Below the pieces are notes generated by a model, which saw only the letters and a program-made list of their open reading frames with translations, did no database searches and was not told where the DNA came from. DNA of 34,998 nt, taken from contig JAYZAY010000032.1 in the NCBI GenBank assembly GCA_036339465.1, forward strand, positions 1 through 34,998, in the 5' to 3' direction. Source of the stretch: Myxococcota bacterium (GTDB lineage Bacteria > Myxococcota > XYA12-FULL-58-9 > JABJBS01). Positions 9,352-18,334 of the stretch are shown here, one piece after another (within the stretch, counting starts at the first letter, position 1; every line of letters begins with the position of its first letter). Both the position numbers and the translations under genes were made by a program.

Positions 9352-10989
9352 TCAAAGCTGGTTGGCCACGTGCCGGGTGATTTCCTCGATACGCTCACTC
9401 ATACTCTGCACAACTTCTGAATTACTATTTGCTAGGTCCGTATCGTCAGCTTCATCGGGTGATTGCTCTATATCAAACAACTTCACCTGATCTGCGTTCT
9501 GCCCACGACCCTTTTCTTTGATAAGTTTCCATTTGCCATCAAAGAGCGCAATCGACCCACCACCTCCCACCACCAAATATTCATCCGCTGGCGTCAAAGG
9601 CGCTTCACCTTTCAACTCTTTCCAAAGATTTCGCCCATCCAGTGGAAAGCCGTCTTGGTCATTCTGCACTTCGATACCCACTGCCGCAGCCACGGTGGGC
9701 AATACATCCAAAACCGAAATAAACTGATTGGACGTGCTTCCGCCGGCAACAACCCCCGGCCACCTGAGCCCCGCAGCCACCCTGACGCCTCCCTCATACA
9801 AATCCCCTTTCCCACCACGTAAGGGAGAATTGATCGCTCCTCCATTTCCGTTGTCACCACCGTTGTCGCTCATAAAAAACACCAAAGTTCTCTCCTGGAT
9901 CCCGGCCAGGTCCAAAGCATCTAAAATCCGACCTATATTAAAATCCATACGATCCAACATGGCAGCGTATATCTGCCGAACTCCATTCTCCGGAAAAATC
10001 GAGGCGTATTTTGCAACCAGATCATCCGGACCCAAAAGCGGCGTGTGAACCGCATTGAAGGCAACGCTCATAAAAAATGGCTTCGCTGGATCTCTTTGTG
10101 GGATCAGGGTGTTGACTATCTCGTCGGTTAGGAGGTCGGTAGAATACCCCTCCTGATCCAACGTTTCCCCGTTTCGTTGCCAATCGATACCCCCCATATT
10201 CCCACCGGGCTGCCATTGCTTATGACTGTAAGAATCAATCGATGCTCCCTTAAACCCATAAAAGTGGTCAAAACCCCGGTTGTTGGGAAGATACTGTTCA
10301 TCCGTCATTCCGCCAAGATGCCACTTACCAATCATCCACGTCTGATACCCAGAAGCCTTAAAGGTCTCGCTGATCAGATGCTCTTCCAAGGGCACCGACT
10401 GTGATTCATTATGGGGCAGCGGGTTGTCTATCACCCCGAGACTCACTGGCGAGCGACCCGTATAGAGTCCTTTTCGAGTGGGACCACACAAAGGCGTGGC
10501 GTAAAAGCGTTCAATCTTGATCCCCTCTGCGATGATTCTGTCGATATTTGGGGTATCAATCCCACTCCCGTGATACCCCACGTCCGCCCAGCCTAGGTCA
10601 TCGGCAACAATCAAAATAACATTGGGCAAGCCATCGGGCCCCTCTGCCGAGTCTGCCGGGTCTGCCGGGTCTGCCGGGTCTGCTGGGTCTGCCGGGTCTG
10701 CCGGGTCTGCTGGGTCTGCTGGGTCTGCTGGGTCAGTCGGGTCTACTGGGTCTGCCGGGTCTGCCGGGTCTGCTGGGTCTGCTGGGTCTGCCGGGTCTGC
10801 CGAGTCTGCCGAGTCTGCCGAGTCAGTCGGGTCTACTGGGTCTGCCGGGTCTGCCGGGTCTGCCGAGTCTGCCGAGTCTACCGAGTCGCTAGAGCTTGCG
10901 GATTTGCTGCACCCCGAACCCATTCCCATTGATAGAAACACCACCCCTAAAAGGCCGCCCATACACAGAACATAGAAAATCTTCTTCAT
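9352..10989 (-). CDS. Formylglycine-type (family S1) arylsulfatase, lipoprotein
   Basis: PNVILIVADDLG, CGPTR (CxPxR), GKWHLG, SDNG and GGKGDLYEGGVRV motifs; lipobox GSGC. Confidence 0.96.
   Translation of the reverse strand: MKKIFYVLCMGGLLGVVFLSMGMGSGCSKSASSSDSVDSADSADPADPADPVDPTDSADSADSADPADPADPADPADPADPVDPTDPADPADPADPADPADPADPADPADPADSAEGPDGLPNVILIVADDLGWADVGYHGSGIDTPNIDRIIAEGIKIERFYATPLCGPTRKGLYTGRSPVSLGVIDNPLPHNESQSVPLEEHLISETFKASGYQTWMIGKWHLGGMTDEQYLPNNRGFDHFYGFKGASIDSYSHKQWQPGGNMGGIDWQRNGETLDQEGYSTDLLTDEIVNTLIPQRDPAKPFFMSVAFNAVHTPLLGPDDLVAKYASIFPENGVRQIYAAMLDRMDFNIGRILDALDLAGIQERTLVFFMSDNGGDNGNGGAINSPLRGGKGDLYEGGVRVAAGLRWPGVVAGGSTSNQFISVLDVLPTVAAAVGIEVQNDQDGFPLDGRNLWKELKGEAPLTPADEYLVVGGGGSIALFDGKWKLIKEKGRGQNADQVKLFDIEQSPDEADDTDLANSNSEVVQSMSERIEEITRHVANQL
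10645..10887 (-). repeat. 9-bp in-frame tandem repeat, about 27 units, encoding a (DPA/DSA)n linker
   Basis: GAC(C/T)C(G/A)GCA-type units with a higher-order pattern (DSA)n(DPA)n-DPV-DPT. Confidence 0.97.
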
Positions 10990-11239
10990 TGATTATTTCC
11001 AATCGTCCAAAAGCTGATCGAGAGACGCGGCCCTAGTGCTACGCTCGTTGTTTTAACCCGTATCCGTTCCATTAACTCCTAAAAAAAAGGCGCGGTCAAT
11101 TGTTCTAAAATTTACGTTTACACGGACGGGACGCTTTAGAACGGAAATTCGGCCTCCCCCAAACACACACACGATACCCATGGCAGAGGTGCCCCAAAGA
11201 ATGGACATCTCCTAGGACAACGTTGCAGCGAGTAGCACC

Positions 11240-11467
11240 CTAGGGCTTCAAAACAATCGGCTCCAGACTTCCTTTGCTTCTCGGCTCGAAGAGAAAATTT
11301 CCCCGGACGGGGTCACACAACTTTTCAGCCATATCCTGCAAATGGACACTCACAAAAAACGTTCGGCCTTGATCGGCCAGGTTCCAAATCAAATCACAAA
11401 TATCCAGGGAAGCCTCGGAATCCATACCGCGGCTGGCACTGGCCATTACCTCATAAATATACCACAA
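11240..11467 (-). pseudogene. Remnant of an ABC-2-type transporter ATP-binding subunit
   Basis: SRGMDSEA...LADQGRTFFVSVHLQDMAEKLCD matches the D-loop/H-loop region; GSLEPIVLK resembles the family C-terminus; no Walker A or B. Confidence 0.65.
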
Positions 11468-11553
11468 TTAAGCGTAGGGCCAACTCGTAAAATATCGAAA
11501 GATGGCGTTTGCCTAAGACCCTATTACTAGAAAGGTGTTGAGGAGTTTACGCA

Positions 11554-12417
11554 ATTAAAGAAACATTTCATACTATCATTTTTGGCACAAACACCAAGGG
11601 TGGGCGTTTATTCGATATCGTCCTTATCGGCGCCATTACCTCAAGTGTTCTGAGCACCATGCTCGACAGCATTCCCTCCTATCACCTCACTTATCCCAAG
11701 CTCTTTCGTCGGACCGAGTGGGTGTTTACAGTCTTATTTACCATCGAGTACTTTCTTCGGATTTATTGCTCCCCCCGACCCCACCGTTACGTCTTTAGCA
11801 CCCTCGGCGTAATAGACCTCTTGGCTATCCTCCCGAGTTATCTAAGTCTGCTTGTGCCGGGCACCGAAGTGTTGTCCATCATCCGGGTGTTGCGGGTACT
11901 CCGGATTTTTCGGATACTCAAACTCGGACAATACCTTGGGGAAGCCGATTTATTGCTTCAGGCCCTGCTGGCGAGCCGACGAAAAATTGGCCTATTTCTC
12001 TTTTTCATCATGAATGTTGTCGTCATCTTGGGTTCGTTCATGTACCTCATAGAGGGCGAACAATCGGGCTTCGATAGCATCCCCAGGGCTGTGTACTGGG
12101 CTATCGTGACCCTCACCACCGTAGGATACGGCGATATCTCCCCCACCACCAATTTGGGTCAAGCCATCGCGTCCATCGTCATGATCATGGGTTATTGTAC
12201 TTTGGCGATACCCACGGGGGTTGTCAGCACAGCACTCGCCTCTGCCGCCCATCAAAAAGCCATCGACGCGTCATCTCCAAATGAGGGGCCACCCACCCCA
12301 GAAACAGCGCCCCTTGAGCCGTGCCATGCGTGTGGTCACCTGTGCCTCAAAGCCAAAGACCGATTTTGTAGCCAATGCGGCACAGCATTGGGTCTTGCCC
12401 AAGACACTCGCCCCTAG
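11554..12417 (+). CDS. Voltage-gated-type (6TM) potassium channel with C-terminal zinc ribbon
   Basis: TTVGYGD filter, S4 IRVLRVLRIFRILK, CHAC...CSQC. Homology continues upstream of the track ATG (11659) as IKETFHTIIFGTNTKGGRLFDIVLI, so the start is placed tentatively at ATT 11554. Confidence 0.93.
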   Translation: MKETFHTIIFGTNTKGGRLFDIVLIGAITSSVLSTMLDSIPSYHLTYPKLFRRTEWVFTVLFTIEYFLRIYCSPRPHRYVFSTLGVIDLLAILPSYLSLLVPGTEVLSIIRVLRVLRIFRILKLGQYLGEADLLLQALLASRRKIGLFLFFIMNVVVILGSFMYLIEGEQSGFDSIPRAVYWAIVTLTTVGYGDISPTTNLGQAIASIVMIMGYCTLAIPTGVVSTALASAAHQKAIDASSPNEGPPTPETAPLEPCHACGHLCLKAKDRFCSQCGTALGLAQDTRP

Positions 12418-12536
12418 AGAACTTGGATCCCATGGAATGTTTTCTTGGGGCGGAGGTCCAATTTCACCACCATCCTCGACCATGAACCCCGCAAGAGGAC
12501 AGCGAATGCTCAATATAAGATGATGGAGGAGTAACC

Positions 12537-12773
12537 ATGACCACCCGAAAAAAAAGTCCGACCCGAGATCTAGAAAAGACCTACACCACCTCTCAATTCG
12601 TCGCGAAATTACGGCGACTGGCCGACGCCCTAGAAACAGGCAAAGACTTCCGCATCCAAATCGCCTCAGAGCGCATTCGGGTCCCCGCCAAAGCCACCTT
12701 CAATATCGAACATGAACGGGGAAAATCAGAAGAGGAAATCGAGTTTCAACTGAAATGGAAACTCGAGGATTGA
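12537..12773 (+). CDS. Amphi-Trp domain-containing protein
   Basis: FVAKLRRLADALE amphipathic helix and EEEIEFQLKW terminus; GGAGGA RBS. Confidence 0.88.
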   Translation: MTTRKKSPTRDLEKTYTTSQFVAKLRRLADALETGKDFRIQIASERIRVPAKATFNIEHERGKSEEEIEFQLKWKLED

Positions 12774-13431
12774 ACCCCATATCCTGAGAGCCCCACACCC
12801 CCTGGTCCGCATTTTCGTCAAGTACCTCACCGACATCACATGAAGGTGACCCCAACCATGCTAAGGACCATGGCCTGGCAGGTGTGGTATTCATAAGTGC
12901 GAAAATCGCTCTAGACTAGAGACATCCTCGGGACCCAGAATAGAAACACACCGTTGCAAGCTTCCAAAAGAGCAGGTTGTGGATTTTTCGAAACCAGTCG
13001 CACCTGCCAATACCACTTCTAAATGAGCTTCACTTACATCCTTGACTTGCTTTTCCTCGTTTGAGACTGTTTTTCATGATAACTTACAGCCATCCTCCAT
13101 GGACTCTTTTTCGAGAGAGGTAGACTGGCATCCAGTAGCAAAATAATCCAAAGTGAAACCATCAATCCATCATTCGCACCTCCAGTCAGATAGACTTTTT
13201 TAGGGGAATTGGATTCAACACAAAAAAGGGGGGGGGGGATAGATTGACCGAGAATAGGAGTCACACACCACCTTTCTAATCACAAACCATACGGCAATCA
13301 TTTAACCTCTGCCTTAAAAAACTGACCAAAAAAAGCAGCAGCAGGGAGATTGAAGAAAAGATTCCCGTTTCGAGCATTGAACCGTTTAGCCCCGTCTCCA
13401 AAACGAGACCCAACCACCTTTTAAACCCAGG

Positions 13432-14919
13432 ATGGATCTGGTAGGAACCAGAATCATGACTGATGGAAATAGTATAGCCCCCCCAGAACCAAAAATCCTG
13501 GTGGGTCGCTACGAGCTGCTGGAAAAAATCGGATCCGGCGGCATGGGTGTTGTTTACAAGGCTCGGCAGATATCCCTAAACCGATTGGTGGCCATCAAAC
13601 TCCTCCACCGACACATGGCCGACTCCGAAACAATCGTCCGTCGTTTTCACCAAGAAATGGAATTGGCCGCCAAAATCGAGCACTCCAACGTTATCAAACT
13701 CTTCGACTTCGGCGAAACCGACGACGGCACCCTCTTTCTGGTGATGGAATACCTCAATGGTATCCCCCTCCAAGAGGTCCTCAATCAAAAAATCGGCATC
13801 CGACGGGTGCTCCGCATCGCACTTCAAATCACCAACGCCATCCAAGCCATTCACCTCCAAGGCGTGGTGCACCGAGACCTCAAACCCGACAACATCATTT
13901 TGGTCAATCAGCCAGGAGAAGAGGATTTCGTCAAACTCTTGGACTTTGGCATCGCCAAAACCTTGGACGTAGATGCCACCCAACACACCGTCCAGGGAGA
14001 ACTTCTGGGGACCCCTAAATACATGTCGCCGGAACAAGCCACCGGAAAACCCGCATCCATCCAATCGGATTTCTATTCCTTGGGCCTCATCCTCTACCAT
14101 CTCATTTCCGGCCGCCATGCCCTTAGGACAGGTTCTCTCTTAGAAATGCTCCGGGGGCACATCGAGCAGGAGCCCCTATCCCTGAATTTGGTTGCGGAAA
14201 AACGAACCACCGAGAGGCTCACCCAACTCATTGAATGGCTGCTAAAAAAGAAGTCCCATCAACGGCCCCCATCCGCCATCGCCATCGCCGAAGCACTTCA
14301 TGAAATCGGAGACTCCGCCGAAATTAAAAACCTTGAAGAGCCCAACTTTAGCCCCCACAGGACAGCCATGGGACTCACCGCCCCCAACCCAGCCGTGGTA
14401 TCTAAAGCACCGCTTCAGGAGAGTGAAGAAAACCTAGACACCCACAATCTTTGGCTCAAAAACGTGGGGACTACCGAAGCCAGCACCGGCGCAAGTACCA
14501 CCAAAACCATCACGCCCATCCCTACATCCAAACGACTCCTATCCACCGACTCCACGCAGGAAGAAACCGATCCCGCCGCATCCACATCACCCCAATTGAA
14601 AACCACCCAAACACTCTCAAACGCTCAACCCACCGACGCCCTCCCCTCCCAACCAACCATCATGGCCACAACCGCCTCTCGTGGGCCCCAACTCTTACTC
14701 ACCGCCATTCTCACCGCCATGCTCTTCGGCGCTATCTTCTATCTCAATCAGGAACCAAACCGTGCCGGCACAGAAAACCAAACCGGCACCACCATCTACG
14801 ACGCCTCGGGGCAATCACCCCAACAGGCGCCTCTTAACCCAACAACTCAAAACCCAAGGGGAACCCACCGCCCCCGACAACAGCCAGGAAAAATTTCCGA
14901 AACCCCAGACCCAAAATAA
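13432..14919 (+). CDS. Hanks-type Ser/Thr protein kinase, membrane anchored
   Basis: GSGGMG, VAIK, HRDLKPDN, DFG and GTPKYMSPE motifs; Thr/Pro-rich linker; TM LLLTAILTAMLFGAIFYL; true start may be ATG 13456. Confidence 0.96.
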   Translation: MDLVGTRIMTDGNSIAPPEPKILVGRYELLEKIGSGGMGVVYKARQISLNRLVAIKLLHRHMADSETIVRRFHQEMELAAKIEHSNVIKLFDFGETDDGTLFLVMEYLNGIPLQEVLNQKIGIRRVLRIALQITNAIQAIHLQGVVHRDLKPDNIILVNQPGEEDFVKLLDFGIAKTLDVDATQHTVQGELLGTPKYMSPEQATGKPASIQSDFYSLGLILYHLISGRHALRTGSLLEMLRGHIEQEPLSLNLVAEKRTTERLTQLIEWLLKKKSHQRPPSAIAIAEALHEIGDSAEIKNLEEPNFSPHRTAMGLTAPNPAVVSKAPLQESEENLDTHNLWLKNVGTTEASTGASTTKTITPIPTSKRLLSTDSTQEETDPAASTSPQLKTTQTLSNAQPTDALPSQPTIMATTASRGPQLLLTAILTAMLFGAIFYLNQEPNRAGTENQTGTTIYDASGQSPQQAPLNPTTQNPRGTHRPRQQPGKISETPDPK

Positions 14920-15145
14920 AACCGAAGGAAAAGACAAGGTCGAATATGCTCATCGGCAACGAAACAGACCAAAAGGATGGATAGTCCCATAAAGTGATTT
15001 TGAAACGGTGCCAAAAACCCATCGCCTGTTGTGACCACGATGCGCCACCAACAACCTACAGGGAACCTTCTTACAAAAAGCCACCTCACCAAACCTGAAC
15101 ATCAATGGAGCCATCCAAAGCCACAGCCCACAATTAGCTTAATTG

Positions 15146-15195
15146 CGAAAATTTACTTACTGCCCGAAAATTTACTTACTGCCCGAAAATTTACT
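15146..15195. repeat. 19-bp tandem duplication spanning the TPR gene stop codon
   Basis: CGAAAATTTACTTACTGCC x2 plus a partial third unit. Confidence 0.9.
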
Positions 15196-15603
15196 GTGGA
15201 AATCCTGAACAAGTTGGCGACCTCGATTCGCCGCGGGATGCTGACCCTCGGGATCCAAAGCAAAGAGCCTTTCAAAAAAGGGAGCCGCGGCTTCCAATTG
15301 CAAAGACTGAAGTCTCATTTCTCCCAAAGCCACCAACGTATACATATCATCAGGCTCGATGGAGTAAGCCATCTCATAAGCTTTCTCCGCATCCTCTGAA
15401 TTCCCTTCCAGCAAAAAGCAGGAGCCTCTTAACTTATAAATACGTGGATCAGCCCCATTGGCTGTCTCCAACCCAGTCAAAATTCTACGCACCTCAACGT
15501 AATTGCCTTCCGTGTATTGGTCGGTGGCCACATTGAGCATGGATTCATAATTTTCCGACGAAAAATCAGCGGGTTGAACATTGTTTTCTTGGGATTCTGA
15601 CAC
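15172..15603 (-). CDS. Small acidic TPR protein, SycD/LcrH chaperone-like
   Basis: About three TPR motifs (YKLRGSCFLLEGNSEDAEKAYEMA; TLVALGEMRL...FERLFALDP) and a C-terminal HPAANRGRQLV helix. Confidence 0.8.
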   Translation of the reverse strand: MSESQENNVQPADFSSENYESMLNVATDQYTEGNYVEVRRILTGLETANGADPRIYKLRGSCFLLEGNSEDAEKAYEMAYSIEPDDMYTLVALGEMRLQSLQLEAAAPFFERLFALDPEGQHPAANRGRQLVQDFHSKFSGSK

Positions 15604-15816
15604 AGCATCTTCCTACGAATTTTCGACAAGCTATACCGTATGCTGCACCAGATCAACTCTTTAGAAGGCTGCATAAAGCCCTCTCCGAGACTAGAGCCAA
15701 TAGCATCGTGCCTAGGTCACTCAAAAAGAAGGATTTAACTCCCACCCACGTATTCACTTTAGGACCTTGATATGCTTTGAAGCATAGGCGCAGTTGATAA
15801 TTTAAGGTAACTTACA

Positions 15817-16320
15817 ATGGTCATTCCCAAAAAGAAGTCCGGTAATGAGGCCCAAGGCTTGAATCAAGGATTGATGGAGGAACTCCTCAAAAAGAGCCTA
15901 GAGATCAGTCCCGACTTAAAACAAGGCAAAACCACCGAGGAAGCCCTCGCCGCTTATAAATCTCAAATGGCATCCTCACCAGCGACTCAACCCCGAAGCC
16001 CAAAACAACAACAGACCCCACATACAACTTCAACCCTGCCCACCACAGATGAACAACGCCGCCGAACCATCCACTTTTTCTTGGATGAAAAAGGTGCCGA
16101 ATACCAAAAAGAACTCGGTCGTATTCAGGAAAAGATAAGGTCGCTGGAAAGGGAACGGAAAGCCCTCCGCAAGAGAATAATGGGAGACATCATCGATTTT
16201 TTATCATTGGTAGCATCGAGAACAGACCAAACAGAAACACGCTCCGTACTCAAAAACTACCGCACCCTTCTCAAGGAGTTGGGCGCTTCTGAAGCGGACA
16301 TCTTTTCGCGAACGAATTAG
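15817..16320 (+). CDS. Hypothetical coiled-coil protein
   Basis: 167-aa ORF with AAGGT RBS and a heptad-like segment YQKELGRIQEKIRSLERERKALRK. Confidence 0.75.
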   Translation: MVIPKKKSGNEAQGLNQGLMEELLKKSLEISPDLKQGKTTEEALAAYKSQMASSPATQPRSPKQQQTPHTTSTLPTTDEQRRRTIHFFLDEKGAEYQKELGRIQEKIRSLERERKALRKRIMGDIIDFLSLVASRTDQTETRSVLKNYRTLLKELGASEADIFSRTN

Positions 16321-16346
16321 GCAGCTCCCCTTTGCCAACCATGAAA

Positions 16347-17960
16347 CTACTCAGTCACCAAGCCGAGCTCTTTCATACGCATCATCAAGCCTCTCGGTGA
16401 TACTTCTAGCAAACCGGCCAGCCCGTCGAGATCACTGCCCACCTTGGCCATGGCTTCTTCGATCTCCCCTCTCGTAAGACTCTTAGGGGTTCGAATACGA
16501 CTGCACGCGTCCATCATCTTATAGAGCGAGGTTTTGGATATCACGAGGGCCTTTGAAGTTTTGCCCGTTTGCCACTTATTGGCCCTGAGAGCTTCAATCA
16601 GCTCATCTTCACCGATGTCCGAAGGAGTTCTTCGCTTCCCTGTGGGCTCCTCACCCCAAACAGCTCGTGGTGGATTCGCAGCCACTGCCTTGGCAGCGGA
16701 AACTTCCGTAGGCGTTACTCCGATCACCGGGTTCGTTGGTATATCCACCGGAAAAAAGTCTGAACGACCGCGATTCAACACCACCACCTGCCGGGCCATA
16801 TTGGCCAGCTCCCGAACATTCCCCGGCCAGTCGCAACGGCAGAGGGCGGCCACATAAGACGATGGTATCCACGGCTCATGGCCATCACGATAAGTCAGGC
16901 GCTCCATCTCGTTAATCCTGGTGAGTTCCTGTCGAATAAAACTGAGAAATAGGATCCCAATATCCTCCTTGCGCTCCCGAAGCGGTGGCAACGCAATTTG
17001 AAAGCCGGACACACGCTGCAATAGGGGCTGCCGAAACTCGCCGCTTTCGATGGCAGACTCTAAATTGCGATCCGTAGCAGCAATAAATCGGATATCCACC
17101 GATTGGGGCGCCGTACTGCCCACGGGACGTATTTCTCCCGTTTCAAGGGCGCGCAAGAGCATCACTTGAACGTCGCTGGCCATGTCCCCAATTTCATCCA
17201 GGAAGAGCGTACCCTGGTGGGCCTGCATAAAATACCCAGCGCGATCATGACTCGCCCCCGTAAAGCCCCCCTTCAGGTGACCAAACAATTCAGAACTCGC
17301 CACGGAATGGGGAATCGCCGCCATATTCACAGCAATGAGCTTCTTTCCCCTACGGGCACTGCGGTTGTGAAGTGCTCGGGCTACCAGTTCCTTCCCCGTG
17401 CCAGATTCCCCCCGCACAAGCACCGAAATATCCAAGTCGGCCACCTGCAAAATCGACTGCCTGACCACCCCCAGCGCATGATTCATACCCAACATTCCCA
17501 TGGGATCGCTGGTGCGGCTGGGTTCGAAAGACCGATAAATCAAGAGGGTAATTCGGTTCGCCAATTCAAGAACAACACCCTCCCCTAAAGTGGCCAAGGG
17601 AAGTTCCAATTCTTGATGAACGGATTGACCGTTGACCTTTAGACCGGTGCCCGAAGCACTGGGCTGGAAAACCACCCTCTCGTTTCCCTTAAGGGTTATT
17701 TCAATGGGTTTTCGGCTCAAATAGGGATCGCCCAGTGGCAAACTCGGCTGTTGGGGATCCAAAGGCTCAAATATAGGCTGGGCACGGGACAATTGGACCT
17801 TCTGGCCCTCAAGCAAGTGACTTGCCCCCAAGGTTGCACCGACCCGTTGTAGATCGGGGTGCCAAATCACCGTTATCCAAACCCCCTTCACCGTAACGTT
17901 TAGGGTTTTGGCGATGCTGCCTCGAAGGGTGGTTTTAGCCAATGTCTGATTGTCGTCCAT
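16347..17960 (-). CDS. Sigma54-dependent enhancer-binding protein with degenerate FHA-like N-terminus and C-terminal HTH region
   Basis: GESGTGKE, SELFGH.KGGFTGA, LFLDEIG and WPGNVREL motifs; DPYLSR...LKVNG FHA-like segment; two HTH-like segments. Confidence 0.95.
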   Translation of the reverse strand: MDDNQTLAKTTLRGSIAKTLNVTVKGVWITVIWHPDLQRVGATLGASHLLEGQKVQLSRAQPIFEPLDPQQPSLPLGDPYLSRKPIEITLKGNERVVFQPSASGTGLKVNGQSVHQELELPLATLGEGVVLELANRITLLIYRSFEPSRTSDPMGMLGMNHALGVVRQSILQVADLDISVLVRGESGTGKELVARALHNRSARRGKKLIAVNMAAIPHSVASSELFGHLKGGFTGASHDRAGYFMQAHQGTLFLDEIGDMASDVQVMLLRALETGEIRPVGSTAPQSVDIRFIAATDRNLESAIESGEFRQPLLQRVSGFQIALPPLRERKEDIGILFLSFIRQELTRINEMERLTYRDGHEPWIPSSYVAALCRCDWPGNVRELANMARQVVVLNRGRSDFFPVDIPTNPVIGVTPTEVSAAKAVAANPPRAVWGEEPTGKRRTPSDIGEDELIEALRANKWQTGKTSKALVISKTSLYKMMDACSRIRTPKSLTRGEIEEAMAKVGSDLDGLAGLLEVSPRGLMMRMKELGLVTE

Positions 17961-18334
17961 AGCTTCTCTTCAATTATAAAAATCCCCAAAGTCCACTGCA
18001 AGTCAGAACCCAATAGAACATTTCCATGGTGTCAATTTTTCTCAAGTTAAAACCTCGGTAAGCGCCTAGCCCCCCACAGAACACTGCTATTGAGCCCAAC
18101 CAAAAAGACCAAATGCTGCACAATAAACCAAAACGGACGGAGCCCTCCTCACTTAGGAAAATCCTTTCTCAGGTGGGAATAGCACCTCCTTCTCCAACAA
18201 AATCGCCAACCGAGGTGTGTCTTTACACCCATGACACCGTCTTCGCCGCAGTTTAAAGAAGATAGGTCGGTCGTGGCTTGGGGGTGGTAACCATTCATAC
18301 AGTGAACTTCAATCCAGGAAACTCTCTATGGGGC

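Noticed and set aside
10622..10975. Plus-strand (SAG)n ORF
   Set aside because: Antisense shadow of the sulfatase 9-bp repeat
13126..13140. Sigma54 promoter TGGCATCCAGTAGCA
   Set aside because: GG-to-GC spacing is 9 nt rather than the required 10
14881..14992. Possible frameshifted extension of the kinase C-terminus (ending KGWIVP)
   Set aside because: Low-complexity region with no domain evidence; cannot be supported without homologues or reads
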